DNA from: Mytilus edulis
Lineage: Eukaryota
Direction: 5' to 3'
Length of the DNA: 64,000 nt
Assembly (NCBI RefSeq): GCF_963676685.1
Contig: NC_092353.1
Location: 84,320,001-84,384,000 of the forward strand
Shown here: one piece after another, positions 15,401 to 28,608 of the stretch
Layout: every line of letters begins with the position of its first letter
Position numbering within the stretch: position 1 is the first letter of the stretch
Program-made: the position numbers and the translations under genes
The notes under the pieces: model-generated
Told to the model about the DNA's origin: nothing
Databases searched by the model: none
Seen by the model: the letters and a program-made list of their open reading frames with translations, nothing else

Positions 15401-16653
15401 ATCTATAATCGTATACTTCATACATATGTAGTATGAATTAATATATTTAACCTTGATCGTAATGAAACTCCTAATATAGCTATATATCATATCAAACATA
15501 AATACATAAACCTTGTTTAAAATATTCCAATCAATCTTAGTTAAATCGAAAAATTAGTACGGACACAAAAAAAGGATATAGTATCGATAAAAACGTTCTG
15601 TAAACAAAAGTGATTAGACAAACTTAAATAATCCTGTTTATAGATTTTTATAATCAGTAAATCGGCGTATGTTAGATTGTTCAATCTCAATATATTATCT
15701 TTGTGTTTATACCCATTCCGTTATTGATCCCTGCAATACAACACATAGTTTTATCCCTGCAATACAACAGATAGTTTTATTCAATATTTATATATATATC
15801 ACTTACCGAATTAATGTAACTGAAAGATATATGCTTTCATCAAACTCACAAGAATATTAATAAAAATCAATCCCTAAAGTTTAAAGTTAATATAGATATT
15901 CAATTGTTCCATTCTCAATTTTATGTATATCTTTATATAAAAAACCAATCTACTGCGAGTGACAATGACGCTTTTGTTTAATGACAAAGACTTGGGTCTT
16001 GTATTGTTTGTTAAAACAAAGACAGTACTTGTATAAAAATGAGGAGGGAATCCGTGGACATTTCGCCTAATTTCAATAGGTTTTATACTATTATATACTA
16101 TTGATACTATTATAGGTAAAGGTGGTCGGATGAAAATATGTTCACATCCGTATTATGTATGTGTCTTACCCACGACAGGAGCCTACAGTTCAGTAATTGT
16201 TGTTTGAAGCCAAATTGCTGATTATCAACTTTTTTGGCTAATAATTGGGAAACAAATTCGACCATTGTTTTTTTCCTTTTATATTGATGTTCATTTTTCA
16301 TTGCTGACAGCTGTTGTCGACCTCTAGTTGCTTACATGTACGTAAGGTGGTCTCAGGTGGTTAGTTGTCTCATAATTTCTGCGTTACTAGTAATATCATC
16401 TTTCTTATTTGAATCCAGTAACTGTCCTGTGTACAAACTATGTTAGGAAATACAAAACCTAAACTACAATATCGATAAAGATATCAAAAACTAGTCAAAA
16501 TATTTACTAAATTTTATCATCGGTGTAAGGAAATAATTCGTAAATATAACTCTACATGCAGACATCTTATACGTTGAGGTATTTCACATCCAATCTTTAA
16601 TGGTAATATTCTTTACAAAGCACAAACATTAAATCAACGGTACCAATTTTCTT

Positions 16654-16697
16654 GCACCAGATGCGCATTTCGACAATACATGTCTCTTCAGTGATGC
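16654..16697 (-). ncRNA. Minimal type I hammerhead ribozyme, copy 1
   Basis: Minus strand GCATCA-CTGAAGA-GACA tgtat TGTC-GAAA-TGCGCA-TC-TGGTGC: stem I, CUGANGA core, stem II, GAAA, palindromic stem III, AUC cleavage triplet. Confidence 0.85.
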
Positions 16698-17002
16698 TCG
16701 TGGCCAAAATATTTGAAATCCAAAGCTTATATAAAAGATGAAGAGCTATAATCCAAAAGGTCCAAAAAGTTTAGCCAAATCCGTGAAAGGAATCAGAGCT
16801 TTGCATGAGGGAGATACATTCCTTAATTTATAATAAATTCTATCATTTTGTAACAGCAAATTTTAATAACACAAAAATCCGTATTTTCATGCCAGTACCG
16901 AAGTACTGGCTACTGGGGTGGTGATACCCTCGGGGACTAATAGTCTACCAGCAGAGGCATCGACCCAGTGGTAGTAATTAAATCAACGGTACCAATTTTC
17001 TT

Positions 17003-17046
17003 GCACCAGATGCGCATTTCGACAATACATGTCTCTTCAGTGATGC
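17003..17046 (-). ncRNA. Minimal type I hammerhead ribozyme, copy 2
   Basis: Identical to copy 1, offset by 349 bp. Confidence 0.85.
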
Positions 17047-17351
17047 TCGTGGCCAAAATATTTGAAATCCAAAGCTTATATAAAAGATGAAGAGCTATAA
17101 TCCAAAAGGTCCAAAAAGTTTAGCCAAATCCGTGAAAGGAATCAGAGCTTTGCATGAGGGAGATACATTCCTTAATTTATAATAAATTCTATCATTTTGT
17201 AACAGCAAATTTTAATAACACAAAAATCCGTATTTTCATGCCAGTACCGAAGTACTGGCTACTGGGGTGGTGATACCCTCGGGGACTAATAGTCCACCAG
17301 CAGAGGCATCGACCCAGTGGTAGTAATTAAATCAACGGTACCAATTTTCTT

Positions 17352-17395
17352 GCACCAGATGCGCATTTCGACAATACATATCTCTTCAGTGATGC
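17352..17395 (-). ncRNA. Minimal type I hammerhead ribozyme, copy 3
   Basis: As copy 1 but GACA>GATA in stem II, which keeps pairing as a U-G wobble. Confidence 0.82.
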
Positions 17396-17760
17396 TCGTG
17401 GCCAAAATATTTGAAATCCAAAGCTTATATAAAAGATGAAGAGCTATAATCCAAAAGGTCCAAAAAGTTTAGCCAAATCCGTGAAAGGAATCAGAGCTTT
17501 GCATGAGGGAGATACATTCCTTAATTTATAATAAATTCTGTCTGTCATGTCAGTATTCACCTCAAAAGCTAACAATCGAAAAGTCTGGCCAGCTCAGATA
17601 ACATTTTTTTTTAAACTTAGCCAGAAAAGTTTTTTGTCGTTCAATTCCTGCCAAAAATTGTTGAAACATTTTAGTTATTGGTTATTAATATTGAAAATCA
17701 CAAACTTTTATCGAATTTGATCGTTTGGAATTTTCAAAATCTATAAACAAGTTTGTTTAA

Positions 17761-18310
17761 CGGGAGGGATTGTACCTGATATTCATATGATGAAGACATA
17801 ATCTTTCAATCAGTTTAATTGAGGTCTGGAGCTGGCTTGTCAGTTAACTGCTAGTAGTCTGTTGTTATTTATGTATTATTGTCATTTTATTTATTTTCTT
17901 TTGTTACATCTTTTGACATCAGACTCGGACTTCTCTTGAACTGAATTTTAATGTGCGTATTGTTATTCTTTTACTTTTCTACATTGGCTAGAGGTATAGG
18001 GGGAGGGTTGAGATCTCATAAACATGTTTAACCCCGCCGCAATTTTGCGCCTGTCCCAAGTCAGGAGCCTCTGGCCTTTGTTAGTCTTGTATGATTTTAA
18101 ATTTTAGTTTCTTGTGTATAATTCGGAGTTTAGTATGACGTCCATTATCACTGTACTATTATGCATATTTTAGGGGCCAGCTGAAGGACACCTACGGGTG
18201 CGGGAATCCTCGCTACATTGAAGACCCATTGGTTGCCTTCGGCTGTTGTTTGCTCTATGGTCGGGTGGTTGTCGCTTTGACATATTCACCATTTCCTTTC
18301 TCAATTTTAT
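17761..18310 (+). mobile_element. 5'-truncated interspersed retro-type repeat (same family as ~4540-5520 and ~22400-23052)
   Basis: Shared sequence ending ...tgacacattccccatttccattctcaatttt. Interrupts the macrosatellite at aagtttgttaac. Confidence 0.75.
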
Positions 18311-18675
18311 TGTTAACAAGATACACAAAATGGTTTCCCCCTTCCAAACCTTCTACAGACAGTCTTTACATTCTTTTTATGTGTAATAGTCAAAGGCATA
18401 CTGTCCCAATAATAATTGCTATAAATTTTATAAAGAAAAACATTAATTTTCAGTATGGGACGAGTACCTTTCGGGCGAATTGACATAATTTATTATCACA
18501 ACTATATATTGGTTTCTCTCCCTAGACCACAAAATGCCCCTGTCATCAATAGCAAACGTTATCAGAATTGATTGTTTTGACAGTCTGTCACTATTTAAGT
18601 ACTAACTTTGTGTTAATGTAGATTATCTATATGCATAAGCTAGTACTTGGATTGATGTTCAGGTCAAATCTTCTG

Positions 18676-19322
18676 TAAAAGAGGGACGAAAGATACCAAA
18701 GGGACAGTCAAACTCATAAATCTAAAACAAACTGACAACGCCATGTCTAAAAATGAAAAAGACCAAACAGAAAAACAATAGTACACATGACACAACATGG
18801 AAAATTAAAGAATAAACAACACGAACCCCAACAGAAACTAGGGGTGATCTTAGGTGCTTCGGAAGGGTAAGCAGATCCTGCTCCACATGCGGCACCCGTC
18901 GTGTTGCTTATGTGAATACAAATCCGGTAAATAGTCTAATTCGGTAGGTCAAATTCATGAAAGGGAAGGGGATTGTGGTTCCGACGTAAGGAACATATCC
19001 GATATCATTTGTGAAACGGTTATTCCATAACGGTCAACCAACTCGTGATGGCGTCCGTAAAATTTACGAAGGGATGATTTCAACTTCACCATTTGGAACT
19101 CTTGGTTTAATAGCTTCCTTGTGAGCAGTAACCATCTATCAAGAAAATTATGATAGGAAATGCAAGCACAGGAATATCGCATCAATTGGGAGATATATAC
19201 CCCGTATGCAGGTGCTGCTGGAATGTTGCTACTTAGAAAGGGAAAGTTCACAATTGCAAAGCTGAAATCATCTCTTTTGTCGTAAAGTTTTGTCTTCAAC
19301 CGACCCTCATTGTCAATTTCTA
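18676..19322 (-). mobile_element. 5'-truncated Penelope-like retroelement: RT C-terminal remnant plus 3' UTR
   Basis: ORF 18955-19299 KTKLYDKRDDFSFAIVNFPFLSSNIPAAPAYGVYISQL.... Interrupts the macrosatellite at tctg|aatagtcac. A second copy is at 63135-63870. Clade assignment is from memory. Confidence 0.75.
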
Positions 19323-21216
19323 GTAATAGTCACTTTTATATAAATTTGAAAAAAACAAACAAACACAAACAGTAAGTACAAACTCTGTATCAATGACTTA
19401 GCACTAAAACCAAATTAATTCATTATTTAATCCATTTGTTTTAATCGGATTTCACAAAACTTCCAAGATTTTTTCCAAAATGATGCCACAAGACAGTGTA
19501 TTGTCAGTGGAATGTTCATGCATAGTTTATGCCTGAGTTCATTAGATAAAAAAGAAAAAACTACTTTAAAATACTATTAAAACTTCCATGCCTCACTGCA
19601 TTGGTTGAATGTCAATTGGTCGACTGACTGTCAATCGGCAGCTCTACAGGATCAATGTTTGTAATTTATTAGATTTATTACTTTTTTAAAAGGTGAAGTT
19701 TTACGGACTCATAAAGCAATCAGTCACACACGAAGACTAAATAAAATATTCAAACAAAGGCTGAATGACAATGCCATTTAAAACTAGGACTGAACCGATA
19801 CAGCAAACACATTCAATTTGTTATAATCATTATTCATAAAATGAATGTGAAAGGAGTTATTTGAAATCAGCTATAAGAAAATATATATGAGTTTTATAAT
19901 ATAGCCAACTCTACTCAATCGATTAAATTACTTTCAATATATCGCTTTGTTTCCTGTCATTCTTTGTACAACGATATATAGAACAGGATTTTGTTCAGTA
20001 CGTTTATCATGTTAACAAGGTAATTATCAACCAGAACATATATTTCTCGGGTACAACTCTGCGACCTACAACCTGCGTCATTTGCATTATTTTTTTTTGA
20101 TTCAATAAATATATATATACTAAGTACTTTGATAAAGAAACACTAGCGTATCATAATTTTCATTTTTCGATTAGTATTCAAATAAACTCAAAGTACTTAA
20201 TAGCATACACAACCTAATGGGTTTTTTTTTATCCTTATTGTCGAAAGTCAAATTTTGGAACGAATGCATGTACTTATCACGTCGTATACATCTTAATTTG
20301 CATAGTTTTCACTCTATGAGATGAATCCCCAGTTGTCAGCTTGAAAGGACACATAATCGATTTGATAAAAAGTAAACAGTTTAACGGGGATATCCTGGGA
20401 ATTTTGAAAAAAGGCCACACCATACTTTTGAGAATGTTTTTATTTTTTGTAACAATTGCGGAAAAGTCTATAAACGTCATCCCTCATATCGGGTTCGAAT
20501 ACTGGAAACAGGCAACAGTAGTTTACTGATGTTCACATATCTTCGGACCACATGTATGTCGGTGTAATATTGGTAAACCAATTGAGTCAATAAATAGTCA
20601 AAATTCCTTTTTTTTATCCAACAAGCAGGGCCCGGGATTATTTTTTTTAATTTTTTTTATTAAAAACAAAAGTATGACACTTGCTCCCCACACTTTACTT
20701 GTTTCAGAACAGGGTAATCGGCACAATCTGCACGAGTAATTCGTAGTCAAATGTCCAATGACTCATTTCAAACAAACCAATCGATTACAATATGATCCTT
20801 ACCCTTTTCTATCTCAGTTTTATAATAGGTATTAACATCAGATGGGCTCTAGAAGAAAATCTATAATCGTATACTTCATACACATGTAGTATGAATAAAT
20901 ATATGGAACCTTGGTCGTTATGAAATTTCTTATATAGCTATATATCATATCAAACATAAATATATGAATCTTGTTTTAAATATTCCAATCAATCTTAGTA
21001 ACATCGAAAAATTAGTACGGACAAAAAAAAGGATATAGTATCGATAAAAACGTTCTGTAAACAAAAGTGATTAGACAATCTTAAATAATCCTGTTTTAAC
21101 ATTTTTATAATCAGTAAATCAGCGTATGTTAAATTGTTCAATTTCAATATATCACCTTTGTGTTTATACCCATCCCGTTATTGATCCCTGCAATACAACA
21201 CATAGTTTTTATTCAA

Positions 21217-21249
<33 letters not shown>

Positions 21250-22359
21250 CACTTACCGAATTAATGTAACTGAAAGCTATATGCTTTTAACAAACTCACA
21301 GGAATATTAATAAAAATTAATCCCTAAAATTTAAAGTTAATACAGATATTCAATTGTATACATGTATCTTTTTATATAAAAAAAAAACAATCTACTGCGA
21401 GTGGGTCCAAACAATGAAGCCTTTTGTTTAATGACAAAGTCTTTAAATTAGGTGAGCTTATGGTAAAGTTGACAAAGAAGAACATAAAAATAAACTGTAT
21501 GGAAATGAAATCTGTGTCGGATGAGATTTATACTATTGACCTAGGTTCGGGGAGCGTATACAATATGTAATTAAAATAAAGCGAAACCCACTGATTTCCT
21601 CATCATCTTCACACAATTACTGTCATTTTCTTTTAACTATGTAATACAACAAATTGTTCATGTTTGGTTCGCTTTGTTTCAAGCATTATTATAAATTATG
21701 TGATAACAAAAATCTTCTTCAGTACATGAACCATGTATTGTTGTTAAAACAAAGACAGTAATTGTGTAAAAATGAGGAGGGAATCCGCTGACATTTCGCT
21801 TTATTTTAATTGGTTTTATACTATTATAGGTAAAGGTGGTCGGATGGAAATATGCAAACATCCGTATTATGTATGTGTGTTACCAAAGGCAAGAGACTAC
21901 AGTTCAATCATTGTTGTTGGAAGCCAAATTGTTGATTATCAAATGTTTTGGCTAATAATTGGGAAAAAGATCCTACCACTGTTTTTTTCCCTTTTATATT
22001 GATGTTCGTTTTTCAGCTGTTGTCGACCTTTAGTTGCTTACATGTACGTAACCTTGTCTCATGTGGTTCGTTGTTTCATGATTTCTGCGTTACTAGTAAT
22101 AGCATCTTTCTTATTTGAATCCAGTAACTGTCCTGTGTACAAACTATGTTAGGAAATACAAAACCTAAACTGCAACATCTATAAAGATATCAAAAACTAG
22201 TCAAAATATTTACTAAATTTTATCATCGGTGTAAGGAAATAACTCGTAAATATAACTCAACCTGCAGACATCTTATACGTTTAGGTATTTCACAACCAAT
22301 CTTTAATGGTAATATTCTTCACAAAGCACAACAATCTGAGTATTCACTTCAAAAGCTAA

Positions 22360-24535
22360 CAAAACCTTTAAACTGTTGTCAGGTCATTTAACATTGCATA
22401 TTTTGGCTTTAATATTGATTCACTTATAGGGTCTTTGCATCGAAATTAAACACATTTATTCTAAAACCAGTTGTTGGCATGACACGGGTCATGTTCTTCT
22501 CATATATTTTATGATGGTGTAATACTCAACCCCTAACAGGCGGGATTGTGATTGATACCCATAAGATGAAAACACAAACAGTTTAATTGAGATCTAGTGC
22601 TGGCATGTCAATAACTTCTAGTAGTCTGTTTTTATTTATGTATTATTGTCATTCTGTTTATTTTCTTTTGTTTCATATTCTGACATCGGACTCGGACTTC
22701 TTTTAAACTGAGTTTTACTGTGCATATTGTTGTGTGTTTGTTTTTCTACATTGGATACAAATATGTTTAAGCCCGCCGCAATTTTGCGCCTGTCCTAAGT
22801 CAGAAGCCTCTGGCCTTTGCTAGTCTTGTATGATTTTTAATTTTAGTTTCTTGTGTATAAGTCGGAGTTTAGTGTGACGTCCATAATCACTTAACTAGTA
22901 TACATATTTGTTTAGGGGCCAGCTGAAGGACGGCTTCGAGTGCGGAAGTTTTTCGCTACATTGAAGACCGATTAGTGATCTTTGGCTGTTGTCTGCTCTA
23001 TGGTCGGATTGTTGTCGCTTTGACACATTCCCCATTTCCATTTTCAATTTTATATTACATTTTGCCATAATCATACTGGAATATTTCTACATTAAACCTC
23101 ACAAATTACAATAACAATGGAGAGATTTTCTCTTGTTTCTTTAGTTGTTAGCAGGACATAAATGTCAATTGGTAAAATTTTCTATTTACAATTAGTTGAC
23201 TCTGAGAACCTAAACATAAAACATCATTAGAAAAAAGGGGCTTTATTGATATCAAGCAGTGTAACAAAAACAGAAAGTCAAGAGGCACTGATCAAGTTTG
23301 TGTTGCTTCCCATACATCCTTCGCAATTTAAATCAAATCTCAGTCAAATGTCACAATTAGTTAATTTACAGATCAGACACCTATTCAGATATTTCAAGAT
23401 CAAACGTCACACATGCATCGAGATACAGAATAATCATATTGGTCAAACCGTTTGTATTGATGACTGTCAAACTTGGAAATCGTCAATTTAGCATTTCAAT
23501 AGAATAAAATAGTCAAATTATGTCTGATATTCTTTATGCTTGTTTTTTATCGAAATGTGTTAAGAAAATGTTTTCAGAAGCAACAAACTAATGGCAGTAT
23601 GTATTAATACCGAATAAAAAGTAAAATTACAAAAATACTGATCTCCGAGAAAAATTTAAAACGGAAAGTCCCTTATCAAATGGCATAATCAAAAGCTCAA
23701 ACACATCAAACGAATGGATAACAACTATCATATATCTGACTTGGTTCAGACATTTTCTTATGAAGAGCCACTTTAAAACTGTTTAAATCAAAATGGACTT
23801 AACAATAAAGGTTTAAATTATGCAAAGACAAACAAAACGAATTTAGTGTATAAAAAACGTCAGTACTTAATATTTTAACTTCAAGAACCAGCATGTATTA
23901 TTTTTGAAATAGATACTGAATATTAATCAACATTGTCTTGGTAAATCTTCAATTGCATTTTTTTAAACGAAACGTTCTTTGACATTTACTATGTCCAAGC
24001 CTTAGAAGTCCGAAAACGTTAGGAACATAGGAACATACATTGCATGTGCAGGGGGAAATAATATATTGCTCCTAAAGTGAAGAAATTTAGAATTTCAAAA
24101 TTGAAGTTGTCCACTTTATCCGAGATTCTAGTACTGAGATGACTGCTCATGTCAATGTCGAGATATAAGTAAAATAATTGGGCAGACACAGCCATGACGT
24201 TTCTTTAATTTCTAGTTTTGTAGGATATATAAATAGAAATTATTCAGAAAAGTTTGGAATGTTAGTAGAACAAAAGCCATCATCATTATATCTGAGTGAT
24301 GAATGAAATAATCTGGCTTCTTCGCTTTTTTGTTTTAGACAAGTGTTTGAAGGAACCGTCGCGCATATAAGATAAGACAAAAGCGATCTTTTGTACACTT
24401 TTCATCTATATTCGAATAAAAAGTTGTTGTTTTTGCACATTTGAAGATCAGAGAGGTTTAATTGTCATTCAAAAAGACTCTGGTAGTCTTTTGCAATATT
24501 TATTTTGAATATCAACCTGCACACTGGACCTTCAG
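22360..24535. repeat. Shared array tail, copy 2
   Basis: Colinear with 4500-7001, for example ggaacataggaacatacattgcatgtgcagggggaaataat in both. Confidence 0.88.
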
Positions 24536-25829
24536 TATGCTAGTGTTTTGTAAAAAAGAAACAAGAGTGCATACGCTGAAATTTATCGCAGGTTTCTTTT
24601 ATTATTGAATTCTTTTGAAACTATAAAAGCAAAGATGTGGTATAACTGCCAATGAGTAAATTCAGCACAAAAGACCAAAATGATACTGAAATTAACAACT
24701 ATAGGCGTTCAACAACAAGCAAAGCCCAAACCGTAGAGTCAGCTATTCAACGCCACGAAATAACAAATGAAAAACAATTCAAACGACAAAACAAACGGCA
24801 TAATTTTATGTAAAAAATATGAATGGAAAATAAATATTTAACACATCAACAAACAAAAAATAAATAGTTAACACATCAACAAACGTAAATTTATATTTAA
24901 CACATCAACAAACGACAACTACTGAATAAAAGTGTCCTGACTAGGAACAGGCCCAGACATTCAGAATGTGGCGGGTTTCAATATGTTAATGAAATCTCAA
25001 CCCTCTCCTTAACCCGGGACAGTAATGTTAACGTACAATATAAGAACGAACTATAAAAATCAGTTGAAAAGGGCTGAATTCAAAAGATGGATAAATAGAA
25101 ATTGAAAACAATAACAAAACACAGAGTGGGCGATTCACATCAATCATCCAATGGATTTGGTGTGAAGACGTCATTAACAGTCGGAAAAAAACCTGACCTG
25201 GTTAAATCCCAAAATACAAGTATCGACAGGTTATACATGTTGTACATCCTTGAATGTTAATAATATTTAGTTTGTTTTAATTTACTAATAACAAAAACAA
25301 ACAATATTCAATGATCTTAATACTATGTTGAATTGGTAACTTTTTAGAAGAAGTTTATTAAAAAGTCGAAAATTTACAGGGATCGTCTTTAAATTTCCAG
25401 GCACCCTAAACATCTTTTTCGTAAAAATGAGGATGTGCTATCCCATTTGAAATAAGTTTTCTACAGGTATAACCAAACTTCAAAACCAAATCTTACGTTC
25501 GTTAAAATCAAAAACGTCACAACAGACACGGGCATAGCGAACTAGTTAAGAAATGTAAACATCGTAAGATTGTGCCGATGGAGTATCACCATCTAAAAAG
25601 GAAAAAAATAACAATAGGGAACAAAATATTGTTCTTTTGGTCGTTACTTTTAGTGCTTTCCGTGTAAAAGCCAAATATCTAAATCTAGAAATGGACCACT
25701 GGTTAAATTTGATTTATTTAAAGTAAATTCCTTTGTATTAATTTCGGCAGAATATTTAGAATATTTTTGAATAATTAACAAAATAATTTCATGAATTTGT
25801 CAATTAAATGCAATTTAGACAGAACAGAG

Positions 25830-26420
25830 TACTACCGTTACCTGCCATATTGTTTGTTTACACATTACAGGGTGGCTAACCTACCTGACATATTTGTCTT
25901 TTATGCAATGAAGAGAATTAAAGCTATCTTACATATTGTTTGTTTACCCAATAAAGAAACACCAAACTGCTCGACATAGTGTTTGTTTACACATAACCGT
26001 ATGCCCAAGCTTTCTGACATACTATGGTTTGTTAACAAAAGACAGAGTGTCAAAGCTGCATGACATATTGTTTGTTTACACAGTACATACCTTAAAGATC
26101 ACCTGTTACCTAACATAATGTTTATTTACACAAAATAAAGTTTAACATGTCTGTCATATGGTTTGTAAACCCACAACAGAATGACAAGCTACCTGAAATA
26201 TTGTTTATTGCACACGCAAGTGTGATACAACTTCCTGACGAACTATGTGTTCACACACGTGACCAATCTTTTTTAAATATTGTTTGTTAACACAATACAG
26301 AGCGCCAAAGTGCCTTACATATTGCACAGTACAAAGTACCTCAGCTAGCTGACATATGGATTGTATAAACGCTATAGAGAGCCCACGCTACCTGTATTGT
26401 TTGTTTACACATTACAAATA
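25830..26420. repeat. Degenerate ~42-bp minisatellite
   Basis: Recurrent ct(g/a)cctgacatattgtttgtttacaca(a/t)tacaga motif. Confidence 0.7.
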
Positions 26421-26814
26421 GACTCCGAGTGTGGATTTTCTCGCTGTTTTGCAGAATCATTGATGTACTTCTGCTATTTAATGTACTTTTGTCGGATTGT
26501 TGTCTCTTTGACATATTCCCCATTTCCTTTATCAATTTTAAGATATAATGTTATAAAAAACACAGGTGAAAAATGGAAGAGCAAAAGTTTGATGTGTTTT
26601 AAATAATCGGTTGGTTTTCTGCATTTGACAACTTTTAAAGTATGTTTAAGTAAGTTTTATTGATCCTCCAACGTTATAGGTAGAATAAACCCAAGAACGT
26701 CTTAAACCACCAGAATTCAGAACAAAGCTTAACTGTATAAATACAGACTTTTAAGACATTTCGATAGTTGTTTAATAAATGATTATCTCGTCCGACTTTT
26801 GGTATACTAATTTT

Positions 26815-28608
26815 TTAGCTCACCTGGCCCGAAGGGCCAAGTGAGCTTTTCCCATCACTTGGCGTCCGTCGTCCGTCGTCGTCGTCCGTCGTCCGTCGTC
26901 GTCCGTCGTCGTCCGTCGTCGTTAACTTTTACAAAAATCTTCTCCTCTGAAACTACTGGGCCAAATTAAACCAAACTTGGCCACAATCATCATTGGGGTA
27001 TCTAGTTTAAAAAATGTGTGGCGTGACCCGGCCAACCAACCAAGATGGCCGCCATGGCTAAAAATAGAACATAGGGGTAAAATGCAGTTTTTGGCTTATA
27101 ACTCAAAAACCAAAGCATTTAGAGCAAATCTGACATGAAGTAAAATTGTTTATTAGGTCAAGATCTATCTGCCCTCAAATTTTCAGATGAATCCGACAAC
27201 CCGTTTTTGGGTTGCTGCCCCTGAACTGGTAATTTTAGGTAATTTTTGCTGTTTTTGGCTATTATCTTGAATATTATTATAGATAGAGATAAACTGTAAA
27301 CAGCAATTATGTTCAGCAAAGTAAGATTTACAAATAAGTCAACATGACCAAAATGGTCAGTTGACCCCTTAAGGAGTTATTGACCTTTATAGTCAATTTT
27401 TAATCATTTTTCCTAAATCTTAGTAATCTTTTACAAAAATCTTCTCCTCTGAAACTACATGGCCAAATTAATCCAAACTTGGCCACAATCATCTTTGGGA
27501 TATCTAGTTTTAAAAATGTGTGGCGTGACCCGGTCAACCAACCAAGATGGCCGCCATGGCTAAAAATAGAACATAGGGGTAAAATGCAGTTTTTGGCTTA
27601 TAACTCAAAAACCAAAGCATTTAGAGCAAATCTGACATGTGGTAAAAGTGTTTATCAGGTCAAGATCTATCTGTCCTGAAATTTTCAGATGAATCGGACA
27701 ACCTGTTGTTTGGTTGCTGCCCCTGAATTGGTAATTTTAAGGAAATTTTGCTGTTTTTGGTTATTATCTTGAATATTATTATAGATAGAGATAAACTGTA
27801 AACAGCAATAATGTTCAGCAAAGTAAGATTTACAAATAAGTCAGCATGACCAAAATGGTCAGTTGATCCGTTTAGGAGTTATTGCCCTTTATAGTCAATT
27901 TTTAACCATTTTTTCGTAAACCTTAGTAATCTTTTACAAAAATCTTCTTCTCTGAAACTACTGGACCAAATTAAACTAAACTTGGCCACAGTCATCATTG
28001 GGGTAACTTGTTTAAAAAATGTGTGACGTGACCTGGCCAATCAACCAAAATGGCTGCCACGGCTAATAATAGAACATAGGGGTAAACTGCAGTTTTTGGC
28101 TTATAACTCAAAAACCAAAGCATTAAGAGAAAATCTGACAGGGTTTAATTGTTTATCAGGTAAAGATCTATCTGCCCTGATGTTTTCACATGGATCGGAT
28201 AACCCGTTGTTAGGTTACTGTCCTGAATTGGTAATTTTAAGGAAATTTTGCCGTTTTTTGTTATTATCTTGAATATTATTATAGATAGAGATAAACTGTA
28301 TACAGCAATAACGTTCAGCAAAATAAGATCTACAAATAAGTTTTACATGACCAAAATAGTCAATTGACCCCTTAAGGAGTTATTTTTCATAAATTTTTGT
28401 TAATTTTTAGAAAATATTTTCCACTGTAATTACTGGGCCAAGTTCATTATAGATAGAGATAATTGTAGCAACAAGAATGTTCAGTAAAGTAAGATCTACA
28501 AACACATCACTATCACCAAAACACAATTATGTCATGAATTTATCCGTGTCCATTGTTTAATATGCACAAGACCAAGGTGAGCGACACAGGCTCTTGAGAG
28601 CCTCTAGT
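26815..28608 (+). mobile_element. Helentron-associated non-autonomous element (HINE / DINE-1 / pearl-like) with ~3 x 500-bp internal repeats
   Basis: 5' ttagctcacctgg with hairpin and (cgtc/cgt)n microsatellite. Internal repeats start at ~26927, ~27428, ~27932. 3' subterminal IR ggtgagc, stem-loop aggctcttgagagcct, then ctagt. T-rich insertion site. Confidence 0.85.

Larger units (their letters stand above)
16628..17540 (-). mobile_element. Non-LTR retrozyme / Penelope-associated tandem repeat: 2.6 copies of a 349-bp unit
   Basis: Units start at 16628, 16977, 17326 and are nearly identical. Each holds a hammerhead motif on the minus strand. Inserted into the macrosatellite at cacaaa|atgtcagtattc. 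Confidence 0.85.
10545..22360. repeat. Macrosatellite array 2: partial + two full + partial ~3.5-3.7-kb units, with nested insertions
   Basis: Same marker at ~12035, ~15718, ~21176. gggacgagtacc(c/t)ttcgggcgaattg at ~1500, ~13646, ~18457. Confidence 0.9.

Noticed and set aside
18955-19299. Functional reverse transcriptase gene
   Set aside because: Only the C-terminal remnant is present. The catalytic core is missing through 5' truncation.
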